This document shows positions 19,677 through 29,603 of a stretch of 64,000 bases of DNA, piece by piece. The stretch is from positions 64,001 through 128,000 of the forward strand of contig JBNKTL010000003.1 of assembly GCA_050298055.1 (NCBI GenBank), in the 5' to 3' direction. Below the pieces are notes generated by a model. The model did not search any database and was not told the origin of the DNA. It saw nothing but the letters and a program-made list of their open reading frames with translations. The position numbers and the translations under genes are program-made. The first letter of the stretch is position 1. Every line of letters starts with the position of its first letter. This DNA comes from Spirochaetota bacterium (lineage in GTDB: Bacteria > Spirochaetota > UBA4802 > UBA5550).

Positions 19677-20906
19677 TTAAACTTCAAACTCAACCGGCAA
19701 AAAAGGAAATTCCTTTTTAAAGCCAACTGCCCTGCTTATTCTCTTTAAGAGACCGGTCAGGTCCCCCGCGACCACCTTTCTTTCACCGTCAAGAACGATC
19801 TCCTGGAAGTCAACACGGAAACTTTCAAAGAGGTCCGCGAACTCCACGGCGCCGTACGCGGGGACACCGTTGATCACAACAAGGAGTATGTCCTTCAACT
19901 CCGCGTTTACCACCGACCCGTAAGAAGTCCTCTCTGTCTGCCTGACCAGCGCCAGGTCGGCAATGTACCCTTCCTTGATCTGCCCCAGCCGCTTGAGCCT
20001 GAAGGCGTGGGCGGGGTTTTCCGTTACCATTTTATAAATGATTTCATCGGGAAGCTCCTCGCCGTAGAGTTCCTCGTAGAGCTCTTTGTCAAACTTCATC
20101 TCGGTAAGGATGTTCTGGCCCCCCGACATGGGGGAGTCGGTCCCGATACAAACGTTGATCCCCTTGTCCAGGAGCATTTTGATATGGGTTGTCTCGGTGA
20201 ACATGAACCAGTTGGAATCGGCGCACCAGACCACGGAGGCGTGTCTTTTTTTGATCAGGTCCATATCCGACTCTGAAAAAGCGATCCCGTGAATAAACAC
20301 CGAATGGTCCCCCACGGCCCCCATTTTATCAACGGTCCTGATATTCTCCACCGTCTCCGAATCAAAGCCCTCGGATATGTGGGTAATAAAGGGAATGTCT
20401 TCTTTTACCGCCTTTTGATACTCGGCCTCGATGCCCTCTCCCCAGGCAAGGGCCATCTGTCCCACGGAATGGGCCAGGGCAAAGTGCCGTATGGCCTTCA
20501 TGGGAAGGATATCATAATAGGGGTCACCCACGAAATGGGGAATATGGTCAGATACGGTTGTGACCCCGGAGACAAGGTTCCGGAAACCTCCCAGGAGGTA
20601 GAGGTCCCGGTTCTCGATCTGCTGCCTCTCCTGGTAGACCGGTGAGCTCTTGAGGTCGTTGTCCCAGGGAAGCCAGTTTTCATAGGGCCCGTTGCCCACC
20701 CGGGGGTAATATGTCCCCAGGAGGTGATCGTGGCCGTTGATCATCCCCGGTATCAGGATGGCGTTGTCCACGTTTACGGAGATGTCACCCTTCAGGTCCC
20801 TGCTGGAGACCTTTTCGATCCTGTCATTTTCTATGAGAACACTGCCGTTCCTTATGTTGTCCCTGGCGGTAACCACTGTGGCGCCGGTAATTGACCATTT
20901 ATCCAT
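19677..20906 (-). CDS. Amidohydrolase family protein (deaminase-like)
   Basis: PGMINGHDH, HISEG, IHG, GTDS, ADLAL metal-binding motifs. Confidence 0.85.
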   Translation of the reverse strand: MDKWSITGATVVTARDNIRNGSVLIENDRIEKVSSRDLKGDISVNVDNAILIPGMINGHDHLLGTYYPRVGNGPYENWLPWDNDLKSSPVYQERQQIENRDLYLLGGFRNLVSGVTTVSDHIPHFVGDPYYDILPMKAIRHFALAHSVGQMALAWGEGIEAEYQKAVKEDIPFITHISEGFDSETVENIRTVDKMGAVGDHSVFIHGIAFSESDMDLIKKRHASVVWCADSNWFMFTETTHIKMLLDKGINVCIGTDSPMSGGQNILTEMKFDKELYEELYGEELPDEIIYKMVTENPAHAFRLKRLGQIKEGYIADLALVRQTERTSYGSVVNAELKDILLVVINGVPAYGAVEFADLFESFRVDFQEIVLDGERKVVAGDLTGLLKRISRAVGFKKEFPFLPVEFEV

Positions 20907-21199
20907 ACTTTATTCCCTGAATATTGAATTTTAATGATATTCAATATTCTTACTCCCTTTATATTATATTCAAATTTTACAACGTCAAGTAAAATATAGA
21001 GGTTCCCTTTATTTATCGGGGGGGGTAATTGGAAAATTCAGTGATTTTTATCTTTATCCACTGTCTCCTCACCGGCAGATGAGGCAAGTGCCTGCTGTTT
21101 GTTAGTTTCTCCAGTGAAAATAAGATAGATGAAAATTTAAATTGAATTTTAAAAAATCAGAAGGGTAAATAACCATACTTAATTTCTGAATTGAGGATT

Positions 21200-21866
21200 T
21201 TATGGTATAGGCGGCGGGCTGCCTGTCTTATTCGCAATGTTATCCATAAATGCCTTAAAATTTGGGAAGAAATAAGATGAAAATAATCCTGCAATGAATC
21301 CAAAAAGTGCACCTATAAGCCCTGAAATAATATTATTTCTTATAACATAGTATATTTTTAAAAGTTTGAGTGATTTGGTTTTAGAGTAATCAATTGATTC
21401 GTATAATTCCCATCCAATTTCAATTGCTTTTTACATATTCATCGAGGCATGCTTCTGAATTTTTTCCAACACATGACATTTCCATATATCTTGCACTCCG
21501 GGCACTCTTTTTGAATTCAAGATATTTGTTTTTAAATTCATGTTCAGGCATATTTATTGCATATCTTCTTAATGTATCATCTTTATCTATCTTTTCAATT
21601 TGTTTGTCAATAATTGACCAATACATTTTTGCACAATCTATCGATGCTCTTTTAAGATGATTGAATGCCATTTCAAAGTTCTTTTTGCCTTCTTCGCTAT
21701 CCGGATCCTCAAAGTAAGGGAATAAATGTGTTGTGATATTTTCTAATTCAACTAATACCTGTCTCGGTTTATCTGCAACTAATGCAACAATTCCGGAATA
21801 CATTCCCAGGAAATAATCATTATATAGTTTTAAAATTCTATTGAGGTCTTTTTTCCTGACACCCAT
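21200..21866 (-). pseudogene. Hypothetical membrane-anchored protein, frameshifted
   Basis: RBS GGAGA plus ATG at 21866; removing one A from the A5 run near 21430 extends the frame by ~75 aa through a TM helix to TAA at 21200. Confidence 0.6.
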
Positions 21867-21946
21867 ATGTATTTCTCCAATAGCAAAAGAGGAATACATA
21901 TTCCAGTATTCCTCATTACACAATTTATATAATGTTTTGAAAAATA

Positions 21947-22171
21947 TTAACTTGTTTTCTTGTTAAATTCATCTATTAGTTGAGAATAATCATCAATACA
22001 AAATATATTTCCCCTGGTAGAAACTACACCGCTACCAGCTTCTTTTGCTGCAATTTTTGCATTTGGATTTGTCATTTCAACGGTTTTCCATGCTTCTTCT
22101 GCCGTCTTTGGGACAAGAGAAACACCTGTGATATCCATGAATATCTTATTAAAGATTGTATGTTTTGGCAT
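21947..22171 (-). CDS. Hypothetical protein
   Basis: 74 aa ATG ORF with GGGG RBS in an AT-rich islet. Confidence 0.5.
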   Translation of the reverse strand: MPKHTIFNKIFMDITGVSLVPKTAEEAWKTVEMTNPNAKIAAKEAGSGVVSTRGNIFCIDDYSQLIDEFNKKTS

Positions 22172-22455
22172 TGGGTACCCCGCTTATCTGTTCACAACTT
22201 ACATCGAACATTATGTAATGTACTGATTGTTAAAATGTCAAACAAATTTTTTAATAGTACTGGATAGAAAACTTTATTAAAAATTATTTCATTGGTATAA
22301 ATGTGTGGTGTTTATTATTCAGTATGTAGTGTTTGTTTTGAGGGTTTTCCCGAAATGATTGGATATGTGAATATGATTAAAATGATGAAAAGTTATTAAA
22401 AGTGCAAATAATATATAATAAATTTCCAAGAAAAAAAGAATAATGAGTTAAGTAA

Positions 22456-22911
22456 ATGGCTAATAAACTAACACGTAGAAAATTAATTGAAAAATATCTC
22501 GAATATGATAGCATTAAAAAAAATAAAACAATTGATATAAATAATTTGGAAATTAATTGGGATGACCCAAATTTAATTGATTCATGGTTGTCTGAGAATG
22601 GGTATAAACATGGAATAATTTCAGGTTTTGAGACATGGGAATTATTATTAAATTTCACTGTCAAAGATTTAGGCAATTGTGCAATTGTTAACAACATATT
22701 GATCAGTAGTGATAGAAGATTATCATCAATTTCTAATTTAATTGACTTTAATAATTGGGAACCAGATAGAACAACAAAATGGCATGTACTAATTAATCGT
22801 AATGAAGACATTGCTGAACACAATTTTTTTATATTAAGACCAACAGTTAATTCAGAACAACCTGCTCAATACTATATAGAAGATGGCAGTGGGCATGGAG
22901 ATATTCATTAA
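22456..22911 (+). CDS. Hypothetical protein, possibly C-terminally truncated
   Basis: Very AT-rich ORF ending just after YYIEDGSG (ParB/Srx-like DG motif by inference). Confidence 0.5.
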   Translation: MANKLTRRKLIEKYLEYDSIKKNKTIDINNLEINWDDPNLIDSWLSENGYKHGIISGFETWELLLNFTVKDLGNCAIVNNILISSDRRLSSISNLIDFNNWEPDRTTKWHVLINRNEDIAEHNFFILRPTVNSEQPAQYYIEDGSGHGDIH

Positions 22912-23050
22912 TTTTCTCCCGGTCGTGAATTAAATCCCGGGAAATTATTGTATAATTGTAATTTTTGTAAAAAGTTTTAATTAATCCCACTCCTCAATCG
23001 TATTAATCTTTGGGAAGAATAACTCTCTTCCCGGATTTTACAATGAGAGG

Positions 23051-23506
23051 ATGGATAATATGAGAACGACTATTAATGCAGACACACTACTGTTCAATAA
23101 GCTGAGAGAAGCCATGGCTGAAGTTGATCTGTCAAAGGACGAACTAATCAAACTTTTAATATCACGGTTCATTAAGAAAAACAGCTTTATTCCTCAACCC
23201 GGTAAAACAGTGAAGTACCAGGATGGCGGTCCGGAGAGAGTCTGGAAAATTGAACATATCAACCTTGAGCCTGTATTCTATGAGAAGGTCCTTGATTTAA
23301 GGAGACACTTTAAGTTTTCCGTTTCGTGGTTTGTTGCTTTTGGTATTATTAATTATCTTGATGAATTGGTAAGGGATTTGAGTAATTCAGGAAATAGTGC
23401 AAAAATTCTGGATAACTATACTGGAAATTATGTTTATATTTTTGAAATTGTAGATAATATTCTCGTATTTATCACAATGATGGAAACACAAAGCAGAAAA
23501 ACCTGA
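23051..23506 (+). CDS. Putative tandem ribbon-helix-helix DNA-binding protein (paralogue of 58466..58951)
   Basis: MRTT start, TVKYQ, YEKVLDLRRHFKFSVSWFVAFGIINYLDE shared with the paralogue. Confidence 0.7.
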   Translation: MDNMRTTINADTLLFNKLREAMAEVDLSKDELIKLLISRFIKKNSFIPQPGKTVKYQDGGPERVWKIEHINLEPVFYEKVLDLRRHFKFSVSWFVAFGIINYLDELVRDLSNSGNSAKILDNYTGNYVYIFEIVDNILVFITMMETQSRKT

Positions 23507-23658
23507 GAAAACCCAGATAGTACGAAATTTTTATCAAAACCAAACATCCGGTTTCCGTCCCGGATTTTCAGTCACGCCCTCTTCTCCTGGTCTTCTCCTT
23601 TCCTTTAAACGCCGGCACGAGACAGGATTGATTGTTAAAATTACATAAGCTGGTACCC

Positions 23659-24486
23659 CTACGCCAAACCTCTGTCAACCTTCCCAATCCTGAAAGCAAA
23701 CTTCGCCGCTTTTCTCTTCAACCGAACCGAACCGAAGGAAAAAAGAGCAAACAGTGTGTAGAGGTTCCTGTATTCCTCGAAGATCCCCTCCGCAAGGGGC
23801 TCCGCGTTTGTACCGGTGGGAAGCCCGTAGCTCTCAGGCGAATCTTTCAGAAGATAGATCGACCTGAGCCCCCCGAACTCCTTTATTCCATAGACAGACG
23901 CGCCGGGAAAATATTTTTTGAGCTTCTTCTGTCGTTTCTGCGCTTCCCTGAGGAGAAGCTGCCGGTGGCCGAAGGTCAGCGCTCCAGTGGGGCAGTTGGA
24001 GACACAGGCGGGGACCTCTCTCCCGGCAGCCGCGCAGGCATCGCACTTATAGGCTTTGTCTTTGATCAGTACTGTTCTGCCCAACTTGTTCTTATGGTCC
24101 CGGGCGCTTATATGAGGGACATTGTATGCGCAGAACTCGGTGCAGAGCCCGCAGGCGATGCACTTCCTTTGGTTTATGACATTCCAGCCCTCTCTCTTTG
24201 AGATGGCGCCGGCCGGGCAGACCTTCATGCAGTTGGCGTCCCTGCAGTGGAAGCATTTCAGGTGGAGCATGTCCCACCGGGGCTTTCCCTTCTCCCTGTC
24301 CCTGACTTCGGAAAAAGAGACCCGGTTCCATGTTGCCGCGGAAAGAGTGAAGGGGGCCGTGAATTCGGGCCCCACGAAAAAAACGTTCTCTTCGGCGGGA
24401 AGTTCGTTCCACTCCTTGCACGCGGCGTGGCAGGTCCTGCATCCGCAGCACCGGGTTGTATCAAAGAGAAATGCCTTATCCGCCAT
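23659..24486 (-). CDS. 4Fe-4S dicluster protein, formate dehydrogenase beta subunit-like
   Basis: CCGCRTCHAAC, CFHC..ANCMKVCP, CIACGLCTEFC, KCDAC...PACVSNCPTGAL. Confidence 0.9.
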   Translation of the reverse strand: MADKAFLFDTTRCCGCRTCHAACKEWNELPAEENVFFVGPEFTAPFTLSAATWNRVSFSEVRDREKGKPRWDMLHLKCFHCRDANCMKVCPAGAISKREGWNVINQRKCIACGLCTEFCAYNVPHISARDHKNKLGRTVLIKDKAYKCDACAAAGREVPACVSNCPTGALTFGHRQLLLREAQKRQKKLKKYFPGASVYGIKEFGGLRSIYLLKDSPESYGLPTGTNAEPLAEGIFEEYRNLYTLFALFSFGSVRLKRKAAKFAFRIGKVDRGLA

Positions 24487-24497
24487 AAAAACTCCCT

Positions 24498-27452
24498 CTA
24501 GCTGATCTTCTTTATATCTGTCATGAAAAAACCGGTCTCAATGACCCCCGAACCGGGATCTGAAAACCCGGGGACCAGTGTATTCACCGGGTTGACCTTG
24601 TCCCCGTTATGGGAAACCGTTACCAGGTGCCTCAATGTCCCGTTGATGATCCCGGGCATGAGCCTCCCGGTCACCATGGCCGGCATGGTCATCTCCCCCC
24701 GGGCGGTCCTGACCTTTACCCTGTCACCGCTCCTGACCTCAAGTGCTTCCGCCAGCTCACGACTTATTTCACAGAATATTCCCGGAACAAGTTCTCTCCC
24801 CAGGGGCAGGCCGGAGAGTGAGTAAGCGCAGTAATCGCCGGTCCGCACAAGAGTGCCGAGATGGGGGAGGTCCCTTCTCACCGGTACCCGGGCCCGGTTC
24901 ACCCGGTTTTTCAGGAGAGGATTGGTCCCCGTGCCGTTCAGGGGATTTACCGAGAAAGACCCGGGAGATTCATAGTACTCGGGAAGGGGGCCGTCGCTCA
25001 CCGATGCCGAGAATATTCTCGCCAGTCCCTCTTCAAATTTTATAAAGGGATATTTTGAACCGGGGCCCCAGCTGCCGTATGCCGCGTCGCCCTCCCAGCT
25101 GCTGCCGTTCCATTTTATCACCGCCTTCCCTTCTTTCACGGGCGTCCCCTTCCTGTCCACCCCGGCGGCATTATGGAGGACCCTCATGTTCATGGGCCAG
25201 TACCATCCCCGGCCGCGGGGACCCGCCTTCTCATCCGCCCGGTCCGCGGTCCCGTTGCCCCTGACGCTTATGCAGCCGGTATAGAGCCAGTTTCCCCCGA
25301 GGGTCATTCCGTCATCCCTCATCTGCCGGTAACCTTCAAGCAGCATGTTGTTCCGCGCATCAACCCCGTTCATCTCTTTCAGCACAGGGAGGGGATCGGC
25401 CTTCATATTGCTCCCGGTATAGTTCCAGCCGGCCCCGAAAACCGGCCCGGGAAACACGCCGGGATCCTTCCTGTAGAGCTTCCTGATACCGGCAAAGAGC
25501 ATATCCGTAAAATCCAGGACGCTCACCGTTTCAGGAGGAGCTTCCAGCGCGGCGGCGCACCACTGTATCCGCCTGTCACTGCCCGTGACACTTCCGCTCT
25601 TTTCGAAGGGGAGCGCCTGGGGGATAAGAAAGACCTCGGTGTTTATCTTTTCCGGGGGTATGCCGCTGTTTTTCCAGAAAGAGGAGGCGCCGGTCTCCGA
25701 ATAATCGGAACAGACCAGCCATTTGAGGTTCTTCAAGGCCCCTGCTGAAACGCTTCTTCCCGGGAGCTCCTTCACCGGGTCGGTGTTGAGGAGGAGAGCC
25801 CCTTCCAGCTTCCCCTGTGAAGCGCGCCGGGTAAAATCTGAATAGCCGAAGGGTTCCGTTGACCGGGGAAGCCAGCCGTAGAGAACTTCCGGGCTGTCCG
25901 TTGAGTCGCCCCCGTACCATGCTTTCAGGAGGTTTATCATGAACATGCCGGTGTTCCCCTTCCCCTTCTTTGATCCGTCGGTCCCCATAATGTTATAGCT
26001 CTGGGGATCATTGGTCCGGGGGGTCAGGTTCTCAACATATGAATTCAGGTCCGGGTGAAGTTCCGGATGGGGTGCCCTGAGATATCCCGGCAGGGAGTTC
26101 CACCCGGTGCCGTTGTCCGCGGCGCCCTGGTCGTTCATGCCCCTGCCCAGCCGTATCAATCCTCCGCCGGAGACCCCAATATTGCCCAGGACCAGCTGAA
26201 GAATCGCGTATGCCCGGACATTCTGCCTTCCGGAAAGCTGATGGAGGGATGCGGATGAAAAAATAATCGATCCCGACTTCCGGGACTTGCCGGTCTCACC
26301 GTAGGTCTCCGCTGTCCTCAGGAACTCCTCCACGCTACAGCCGGTGATATCGGACACCACCGCGGGGGTATAGCGGGACATATGCTTTTTCAAAAGCTGA
26401 AAAACTGTGCCCGGATCTCTCAGGCTCCTGTCCCGCTTGGGGATGCCCTTGGCGTCGATCTGGTATGTCCACGTTATGTTGTCATAGCTGCCGGTTTTAC
26501 CGTTGTATCCTGAGAAGATCCCGTCATGGAAGGAGTAGCCGGGATTAATGAGAAACGAGGCATTGGTGTAAGCGGAAAGATATTCCCTGTTATAGAGCCC
26601 GTTTTTCAGGACATAGTTAATGATACCGTTTATGAACGCGGTGTCCGTTCCCGGCCGCAGGGAGACCTGCATGTCCGATAGTGAAGAGGTCCGGGTATAC
26701 CGGGGATCAACTGTGATGATCTTCCCTCCCCTGTCCCGTGCTTTCATCAGGTGTTTCAGCGCCAGGGGGTAGTTCTCCGCGGGGTTGCTTCCCATGACCA
26801 GGACAACGTCCGAATTTTCCATGTCAGACAAAGGGTTTGTTGAAGCCGCGAAGCCCAGGGTCCCGGAAAGAGCGGGGCCCGCGGAGCCGGAAGAGAGGCT
26901 CGATTCATGATCAATAAGGTTTGATCCCAGCACCCGGGAGAGTTTCCCCAGGAGGTAGAGTTCTTCATTGGTAAGCCAGTTTCCGGCAAGGAAGGCGATC
27001 CCGTCGGTCCTGTTACAGGTAACGCCGTTTACTGTTTTGATGAAAGTCCTCTCCCGTGTTTCTTTTATCCTCTCCGCTATCAGGGAGATCGCGTTTTCCA
27101 GGGGGATCTCTTCCCACCGGCCGCTTCCCGGTTTGCGGTACAGGACGTTCCTGAGCCTCCTGTTTTCCGGATCATCGGCAAACTGTTTTACCAGGACAGC
27201 CCGGTGACATATCATCCCTTCATTCACCGGGTGGCCGGGGTCGCCGGCGAGATCAATAAGCCTGTTTTTTCTTACATAGAGGTCTATTCCGCATCCAAGG
27301 CCGCACCCCGGGCAGATTGATGAGACCTTCCGGGCGCCTTTCCGTTTTTCCGGGTCACCGGCGCACCCGGTGAGGAGTGAAATCCCCCCGGTGAGGGCTC
27401 CCGCCGCGGCCAGGCCGGTGCTCTGTAAAAATTCTCTACGGGTAACAGACAT
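24498..27452 (-). CDS. Molybdopterin oxidoreductase, formate dehydrogenase-N alpha-like with altered active site
   Basis: Tat motif TRREFL; CPGCGLGC..C; GSNPAEN, VDPRYTRTS, RPGTDTAF, EKSGSVT, DGPLPEYYES; Sec/Cys-His position reads Ser-Ser. Confidence 0.88.
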   Translation of the reverse strand: MSVTRREFLQSTGLAAAGALTGGISLLTGCAGDPEKRKGARKVSSICPGCGLGCGIDLYVRKNRLIDLAGDPGHPVNEGMICHRAVLVKQFADDPENRRLRNVLYRKPGSGRWEEIPLENAISLIAERIKETRERTFIKTVNGVTCNRTDGIAFLAGNWLTNEELYLLGKLSRVLGSNLIDHESSLSSGSAGPALSGTLGFAASTNPLSDMENSDVVLVMGSNPAENYPLALKHLMKARDRGGKIITVDPRYTRTSSLSDMQVSLRPGTDTAFINGIINYVLKNGLYNREYLSAYTNASFLINPGYSFHDGIFSGYNGKTGSYDNITWTYQIDAKGIPKRDRSLRDPGTVFQLLKKHMSRYTPAVVSDITGCSVEEFLRTAETYGETGKSRKSGSIIFSSASLHQLSGRQNVRAYAILQLVLGNIGVSGGGLIRLGRGMNDQGAADNGTGWNSLPGYLRAPHPELHPDLNSYVENLTPRTNDPQSYNIMGTDGSKKGKGNTGMFMINLLKAWYGGDSTDSPEVLYGWLPRSTEPFGYSDFTRRASQGKLEGALLLNTDPVKELPGRSVSAGALKNLKWLVCSDYSETGASSFWKNSGIPPEKINTEVFLIPQALPFEKSGSVTGSDRRIQWCAAALEAPPETVSVLDFTDMLFAGIRKLYRKDPGVFPGPVFGAGWNYTGSNMKADPLPVLKEMNGVDARNNMLLEGYRQMRDDGMTLGGNWLYTGCISVRGNGTADRADEKAGPRGRGWYWPMNMRVLHNAAGVDRKGTPVKEGKAVIKWNGSSWEGDAAYGSWGPGSKYPFIKFEEGLARIFSASVSDGPLPEYYESPGSFSVNPLNGTGTNPLLKNRVNRARVPVRRDLPHLGTLVRTGDYCAYSLSGLPLGRELVPGIFCEISRELAEALEVRSGDRVKVRTARGEMTMPAMVTGRLMPGIINGTLRHLVTVSHNGDKVNPVNTLVPGFSDPGSGVIETGFFMTDIKKIS

Positions 27453-27476
27453 AAAAAATCTCCATGAAGAAAAATA

Positions 27477-28589
27477 TCATTCCGCCGGATCTTCCTCTCC
27501 GGCTTCGGCTTTCCCGGCCTTTTTCCACATATCGTATTCATCCAGCAGCTTGTATATGTTCCAGAAGGAGTAGAAAAGGGTAAGCAGCAGCGGACCCACA
27601 ATAACACCCGGCAGGCCGAAGGCCTGTATACTTCCCAGCAGGAGGAAAAAGAATATCACCGGGTGAAAGTGGAGCTTTTCCCCGAAGAATTTCGGTTTGA
27701 CAAAATTCTCCAGGAGCTGGTACCAGAGGAGACACCAGACCCCCAGAAAGACCGAACCGATATAATGACCGCTTACCGCCAGGTAGATCACCGCCGGGAC
27801 CCATATGAACATTGTCCCGATGGCGGGGATTAGGGAGAGTATGGCGGCCATGCTCCCCCAGAGCTGCGCCATCCCGATACCCGCGATAAAAAAACCGGCA
27901 CCCAGGGCCGTCCCCTGCAAAACCATGATCAGAATGTTTCCCGCGAGGAGGACCTTTATCACTTCCTTGAGCCTGTCCACAACGTCCTTTTCCAGGTCAT
28001 CGGGAAAGGGAAGGATTTTATAGATCCCCTGGTCCAGCCTGTGCCCGTCTTTGAGAAGGAAGAAGAGCATGAGGACCATAAAAAAAAGGTTTATGATGAA
28101 ATTAATGGGAAAGGAGACGATCTTTGTGAGGCTCTGGAAAACGGAAATGGCCCCCTTTTCAAGAAACTGCGTCAGTTTCCTGACAATATCATCACCCTGT
28201 ATCCGGAAGTAATTCATGAACCTGTTTATGAAATCAATATCCTGGAGCTGGTTTAACAACCCGGACTGGACCTTCACCTGGATAAGATTGTAGAGCTGGT
28301 AAGCCTGGTCAGCCAGTATAAAGAAGAGGTAGAATACCGGGATAATAATCACTAAAAAGATGAAGATAATGACCAGTGTTGTGGTAATCCTTCTCTTCTT
28401 GAGCCTGGCCGCAAGCCTGTCATGAAAGGGTTTGATGGCAATATAGAGGATTATGGCAAAGAGAAAGGGCCAGAAGTAATACCTGAAAATATAGATGAGG
28501 GACACAATAATAATAAGGAAAAAACCCATGAAAAGGAGTTTTAATCTTCTGCTTTCCTGTATGCGTAAATAGGAGTCACTCGGGTTCAT
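27477..28589 (-). CDS. AI-2E family transporter
   Basis: SLIPAIG...WVP, ENFVKP, HPVIFFF, FGLPGVIVGP. Confidence 0.9.
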   Translation of the reverse strand: MNPSDSYLRIQESRRLKLLFMGFFLIIIVSLIYIFRYYFWPFLFAIILYIAIKPFHDRLAARLKKRRITTTLVIIFIFLVIIIPVFYLFFILADQAYQLYNLIQVKVQSGLLNQLQDIDFINRFMNYFRIQGDDIVRKLTQFLEKGAISVFQSLTKIVSFPINFIINLFFMVLMLFFLLKDGHRLDQGIYKILPFPDDLEKDVVDRLKEVIKVLLAGNILIMVLQGTALGAGFFIAGIGMAQLWGSMAAILSLIPAIGTMFIWVPAVIYLAVSGHYIGSVFLGVWCLLWYQLLENFVKPKFFGEKLHFHPVIFFFLLLGSIQAFGLPGVIVGPLLLTLFYSFWNIYKLLDEYDMWKKAGKAEAGEEDPAE

Positions 28590-28741
28590 CAAAAGGTCCT
28601 TACTCGTTACCAGTTAAGTTTATTTTGTAAGGGAGATAATTGAATACCTCACCTCTGGAAAAAAGATTTAACGGACTTGCTATTATGTCAACTTAAATTT
28701 ACCGGAGGATTTTAAGCTACATGTTTTCTCTTACCGTCTTA

Positions 28742-28965
28742 GCGAGCGCAGCGTGGCTCATCTCGATACGATCCTGCTCACAAAGTAGCCAGGAAACGGT
28801 ATATAGAGATGCAGGATCACTCGATGAGCATCTGTACTTCGACTACATGATTTGGTGCAAAATCATGCGGGCTCAGCACTAGTTGAGTTCCCCGAGTGAT
28901 TTGCCGTTTTATGAATTCAGTGCTTTCTGTTTTTAAAATGCGGCAAATTGTATCGAGGGGAACAG
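28742..28965 (+). repeat. REP-like palindromic modules A (28742-28835) and B (28887-28965)
   Basis: Both recur as near-identical reverse complements at 34825-35029. Confidence 0.8.
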
Positions 28966-28999
28966 GCCAGCAAGTCCAGGAACATTTACTGAGAACACA

Positions 29000-29036
29000 A
29001 AAAAATCCGGCCCTTCTGGGGGAAAGGGCCGGATCG
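29000..29036 (-). terminator. Intrinsic terminator after small FlgM-like ORF
   Basis: atccggccctt...aagggccggat stem with A run on +. Confidence 0.75.
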
Positions 29037-29106
29037 TGGAACAATAACTTTTTCCGTTCTCATGGGCCGAACTATCAGCTCATGATAAGCGATAATAACA
29101 TGATAA

Positions 29107-29271
29107 CTACTTTGTGAGATAGTGCGATAAATCGGTAGCAATTTTTGATATGGCATGATCAAGATATGATTCATCAGAAATTCTCTTTCTGTATTCACGT
29201 ATCTTTTTCTGATCAGCTTTTTTGTTTCCCGGTCTTATCTCACGATCCTCCATTTTCATGAGATTATCCAT
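29107..29271 (-). CDS. 54 aa small protein, FlgM-C-terminus-like (not in ORF track)
   Basis: GGAGG RBS; MDNLMKMEDREIRPGNKKADQKKIREYRKRISDESYLDHAISKIATDLSHYLTK; own terminator. Confidence 0.7.
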   Translation of the reverse strand: MDNLMKMEDREIRPGNKKADQKKIREYRKRISDESYLDHAISKIATDLSHYLTK

Positions 29272-29413
29272 ATAAACCTCCAAGGTTAATCTGTTCCTCC
29301 ATGAACAGAATCACTTAACCTGTTGAATATTTCGGTATATTGAAAAAATATATAAAGATATTAATTAAAGATATTGACTTTTTATAACTGTTCGGCTATA
29401 TATAAAAGAGGAA

Positions 29414-29549
29414 GTAACGATTCAGCTATGTATAAAAATAATTATATTTAACAATAAAGATAACCGGTATGTCCGCGCTGCCCTGGGCAGAGACATATTG
29501 TTGATATTTTAGAAAACAGGTTGAGCATAGCCATACAGCTGAGTAGTTT
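29414..29549 (+). mobile_element. MITE-like repeat copy 4
   Basis: gtaacgattcagctatg...taaccggtatgtcc..gacatattgttgata...ccatacagctgagtagttt. Confidence 0.75.
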
Positions 29550-29603
29550 CAAAAGAGACAATTTGTCAAAAACAGAAGTGTTATACATATTTTTATATTT
29601 CAG

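Noticed and set aside
22377..22823. 148-aa minus strand ORF
   Set aside because: Antisense to the more protein-like 22456-22911 ORF
26880..26920. Selenocysteine (TGA) readthrough in the FDH-like gene
   Set aside because: Frame is open with TCT/TCC at the expected position; no in-frame TGA
28817..29198. Short ORFs listed in the track
   Set aside because: They run through palindromic repeats and a terminator; the 29107-29271 frame has the RBS and protein-like sequence
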